Assembly: GCF_006345805.1 (NCBI RefSeq)
Contig: NC_043014.1
Location: forward strand, 7,192,001 to 7,256,000
Length of the DNA: 64,000 nucleotides
Direction of reading: 5' to 3'
DNA from: Octopus sinensis
Taxonomy: Eukaryota
The stretch's first letter is position 1. Every line of letters begins with the position of its first letter. Of this stretch, positions 60,589 to 64,000 are shown in pieces. The notes under the pieces were generated by a model, which was given only the letters and a program-made list of their open reading frames with translations, made no database searches and was not told the origin of the DNA. The translations under genes were made by a program, and so were the position numbers.

Positions 60589-60714
60589 CTTTCCAATTTT
60601 ATAAGAATACAGAACAATGACAAGTATGATTCCAAGAGATCGTGGTCATCAGCATTGACAAATTCTGCTAACAAGTGGGGACACATATGAGACTGGAGAA
60701 GCAGCAAACTCACC
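60589..60714 (-). CDS. Coding exon (T-VSLLLLQSHMCPHLLAEFVNADDHDLLESYLSLFCILIKLE)
   Basis: Acceptor attccag|, phase 2; donor AG|gtattg, phase 2. Confidence 0.8.
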
Positions 60715-60824
60715 CTGGAATTGAAACAATGGTTTGGAATCACTGGTTAGAGTTAAGGAGATCGGTTTTTTTAAACATGAAAAATAAATTATTTAAGACT
60801 AACCCAGGGGTTTTGAAACCAAAC

Positions 60825-61235
60825 TTAAATTTTTGACATCAAAGTATTTGACATTAAACCTTTGTTTTTGACATCAAATCTGAAGTTTTGACACCAAACC
60901 AAAGTATCTGATATCAAACCTTAAGTCTTGATATCAAACCTGAAGTTTTGACATCAAGCCAAGGTATTTGATACCAGACAAAAGTATTTGACATGAAACC
61001 AAAGTATTTGACATCAATCCTGAAGTTTTGATACCAAACCAAAGTATTTGATACTAAACTTGAAGTTTTTGACACCAAACTGACGTATTTGACATGAAAT
61101 CTGGTCAAATACTTCAGTATTTGACCAGATTGACACCAAACCTGATGTTTTGACACAAAACCAAAATAATTGACATTAAACTTATGCACTTGACACCAAA
61201 CCTGAGGTTTTGAAATCAAACTGAAGTTTTTGACA
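60825..61235. repeat. Degenerate ~22/44-bp minisatellite
   Basis: Alternating 'ttgacatcaaacctgaagttt' and 'ttgacaccaaaccaaagtatt' units. Confidence 0.8.
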
Positions 61236-62637
61236 GCAAAACAACTTTCAACAAATCTCAGTTGCCTTTTTTTTCAAAAGCCCAAACTGAAGCTACTTTT
61301 ACTAAAGAGCTTTAATTTCCTCAAACCAATGTTCTTTGGATATTAGATCAAAGGTTTCGTAATGGACTGAGGTACTTAACACAAAGCCTACATTTAATTT
61401 TACACCAAACTTCAGTTTATGTGTATTTTTTTGTGTCTGCTCGTGTCTTGACATCATTGTAGAAGTGACATTTGTCTCCAGTCTTCCATACAAAAATATG
61501 TCTGGCTATGGAGAAAGATAACTTTATTTGGAGCAGGGTGAGGGTTGGCAACAGGAAGAGCATCTGGCTGTAGAAAATTTGCTGCAATAAATTCCATTTG
61601 ACCCATGTAGGGCATGGAAAAGGGGATGTTAGACCTTTCACGTTTAAGCTGGCCTGGATTTGTTCAACCCAGCCAGGTCTGGCTTCTCACACTCGACCTA
61701 CAATGCCATTTTAAAATTAAACAATCACATCAATGAAATCTCGAAACTTTGAGATAATACATGGATAGGCGCAGGAGTGGCTGCGTGGTAAGTAGCTTGC
61801 TAACCAACCACATGGTTCCGGGTTCCGTCCCACTGCATGGCATCTTGGGCAAGTGTCTTCTGCTATAGCCCCGGGTCGACCAATGCCTTGTGAGTGGATT
61901 TGGTAGACGGAAACTGAAAGAAGGTTGTCGTATATATGTATATATATATATATATTTATAGGCGCAGGAGTGGCTGTGTGGTAAGTAGCTTGCTAACCAA
62001 CCACATGGTTCCGGGTTCAGTCCCACTGCGTGGCATCTTGGGCAAGTGTCTTCTGCTATAGCCCCGGGCCGACCAATGACTTGTGAGTGGATTTGGTAGA
62101 CGGAAACTGAAAGAAGCCTGTCGTATATATGTATATGTATGTGTGTGTGTGTATGTGTTTGTGTGTCTGTGTTTGTCTCCCTAGCATTGCTTGACAACCA
62201 ATGCTGGTGTGTTTACGTCCCCGTCACTTAGCGGTTCGGCAAAAAGAGACCGATAGAATAAGTACTGGGCTTACAAAAAGAATAAGTCCCGGGGTCGAGT
62301 TGCTCGACTAAAGGCGGTGCTCCAGCATGGCCGCAGTCAAATGACTGAAACAAGTAAAAGAGTAAATTGAAAACAATGTGAATGAATAAGGATTACATTT
62401 GATAGAGAAATCTGAATGCTAAAGGGGTAAATGGGAATTCTGCGAGAGGTCTCAATGTAATAAAATTCAAACTCGGCATCAACAGGTTCAATCTCACCAA
62501 CCTGAAATGTGACTTAAGGACATGCGTTGTTCTTTATCTTCAGATTAATATATTTACACACACACACACACACACACATGCGCGTGCGGGCATGTGTGGC
62601 AAAGAGCAAAATGTTGAAGGATCATGAGAAGTCTTAC

Positions 62638-62690
62638 GTGATATCATCCTGGCAGAGTGAGTACAACATCTGGCAAACTGATATCTTCAT
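62638..62690 (-). CDS. Coding exon (MKISVCQMLYSLCQDDI)
   Basis: Acceptor atttccag|, phase 0; donor AC|gtaaga, phase 2. Confidence 0.72.
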
Positions 62691-63620
62691 CTGGAAATGG
62701 ACAGAAAAATTAAAGGTATGAGCAAAACAGATCAAGAAATAATGTTAGGTTTTGTTAAGCTGGTAGCTGTTATGGATTTTATTAAGGTGATAGTTTGCCA
62801 GCCCCGACTGGCACCTGTGCCGATGGCACATAGAAAGCACCATCCAATCGTGGCCGTTTGCCAGATCATCTGGCACCTGTGCCGGTGGCACGTAGAAAGC
62901 ACCCACTAGACTCATGGAGTGGTTGGCGTTAGGAAGGGCATCCAGCCGTTGAAACATTGCCAGATCAGACTGGGCCTGGTGCAGCCTTCTGGCTTCCCAG
63001 ACCCCAGTTGAACCGTCCAACCCATGCCAGCATGGAAAGTGGACGCTAAATGATGATGTAGCTTTTATAGAGAGCTTTACAAAATTACATTAATATTATT
63101 ATACATCGCTACTTGCACACTACAAACCAGATCTATAGCGATGGCTTGCATCATCATCATCACTTAACGTCCGCTTTCCATGCTAGCATGGGTGGGACGG
63201 TTTGACTGTGGGCTGGCGAACCAGACTCCAATCTGATCTGGCAGAGTTTCTACAGCTGGATGCCCTTCCTAACGCCAACCACTCTGAGAGTGTAGTGGGT
63301 GCTTTTACGTACCACTGGCACAAGGGCCACTTTGGTGGTACTGGCTCCTGTGCAGGTGGCACATAAAAGGCACCATTTGGGCATGGCCGTTGCCAGTACC
63401 ACCAAAGTGGCACACAAAAGCACCCACTACACTCTCGGAGTGGTTGGCGTTAGGAAGGGCATCCAGCTGTAGAAACTCTGCCAGATCAAGACTGGAGCCT
63501 GGTGCAGCCTCTGGCTCACCAGTTCTCAGTCAAACCATCCAACCCATGCTAGCATGGAAAGCGGACGTTAAACGATGATGATGATGATGATGTTGCACAT
63601 AGGTAAGCTTATAATTTTAC

Positions 63621-63822
63621 CTGCAGGAATGCTGGTAAAACAACCTTTGACATTTATTGTGGAAATGCTGCCAATTCTATCAATTCCAAGTAGAATTTCC
63701 AGGAAATCCTTTACATGACTAAAATTGGAAACAAAGTCATTCCCAAATGTAACGGACCAAAAGAAAATTCTGGCCAAAAGGTAAAGAACTCTCCAAAATG
63801 ATGCTCCCAGAATTGCTACAGT
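63621..63822 (-). CDS. Probable further upstream coding exon, boundaries unresolved (TVAILGASFWRVLYLLARIFF...VKDFLEILLGIDRIG...)
   Basis: Polypyrimidine tract with several AGs at 63816-63831, an open frame and a strong donor CAG|gtaaaa at 63621. Its phase (1) does not match the next exon (0). Confidence 0.4.
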
Positions 63823-64000
63823 CTAAATACTAAAACCGAGAAAAGACTAAAAGAATACAAAAATTGAGAAAAATAATAATAAAAAATGTTAAGGATTTCA
63901 ATTTTTACAAAAGTTCTTACTTTGGGTGAAAAAGCACTGTTCAGTAATTTAGAAATTGTTAAAAATAAGGAACAAGCAGCACTGGAACTTTTTTGTTTGT

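Larger units (their letters stand above)
45607..62690 (-). other. 3' portion of a gene encoding ARM-like helices, an Asp/Gly-rich insert and a C-terminal CS (p23/HSP20-like) domain; the 5' part lies beyond the window
   Basis: Nine GT-AG exons (53, 126, 76, 101, 702, 111, 160, 127, 140 nt) join with matching phases into 531 aa plus stop. CS motif: SPAIYWCQ...LAK...YWPRL...KFPNIHKDF. Confidence 0.88.

Overview
Eukaryotic, repeat-dense genomic DNA. The SINE/LINE content and microsatellite load point to an Octopus-like coleoid cephalopod; this is inferred from repeat families and not verified. None of the genes is visible as an intact ORF in the track. Three spliced genes were reconstructed by hand from splice sites and reading phase. 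(1) A complete 9-coding-exon EIF2S2 (eIF2-beta, 322 aa, + strand, 8896-33311), whose intron 4 appears to be GC-AG. (2) The first coding exon of an AN1-type zinc finger gene (ZFAND1-like, - strand, 6391-6448), head-to-head with EIF2S2 across an inferred compact bidirectional promoter. Beside that promoter is a 10 x 35-bp repeat in which every unit is a consensus 5' splice donor on the ZFAND strand. (3) The 3' part of a - strand gene (at least 9 phase-consistent exons, 62690-45607, 531 aa visible) with ARM-like helices, a long Asp/Gly-rich insert and a C-terminal CS/p23 domain; TDRD12-like is a candidate identity only. The rest is mostly transposon-derived: RTE LINE fragments and their 3' tails, three tRNA-type SINE families, CR1 ends, piggyBac derivatives, foldback MITEs and Penelope-type ends with hammerhead motifs. 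The most striking theme is local amplification of transposon sub-parts: one-head/many-body SINE concatemers bounded by single TSDs, a 14-unit SINE array with a higher-order repeat, a 14 x 123-bp array from a CR1 3' end, and a ~227-bp array seeded by a MITE terminal repeat. Repeat boundaries are approximate; exon boundaries were counted base by base.
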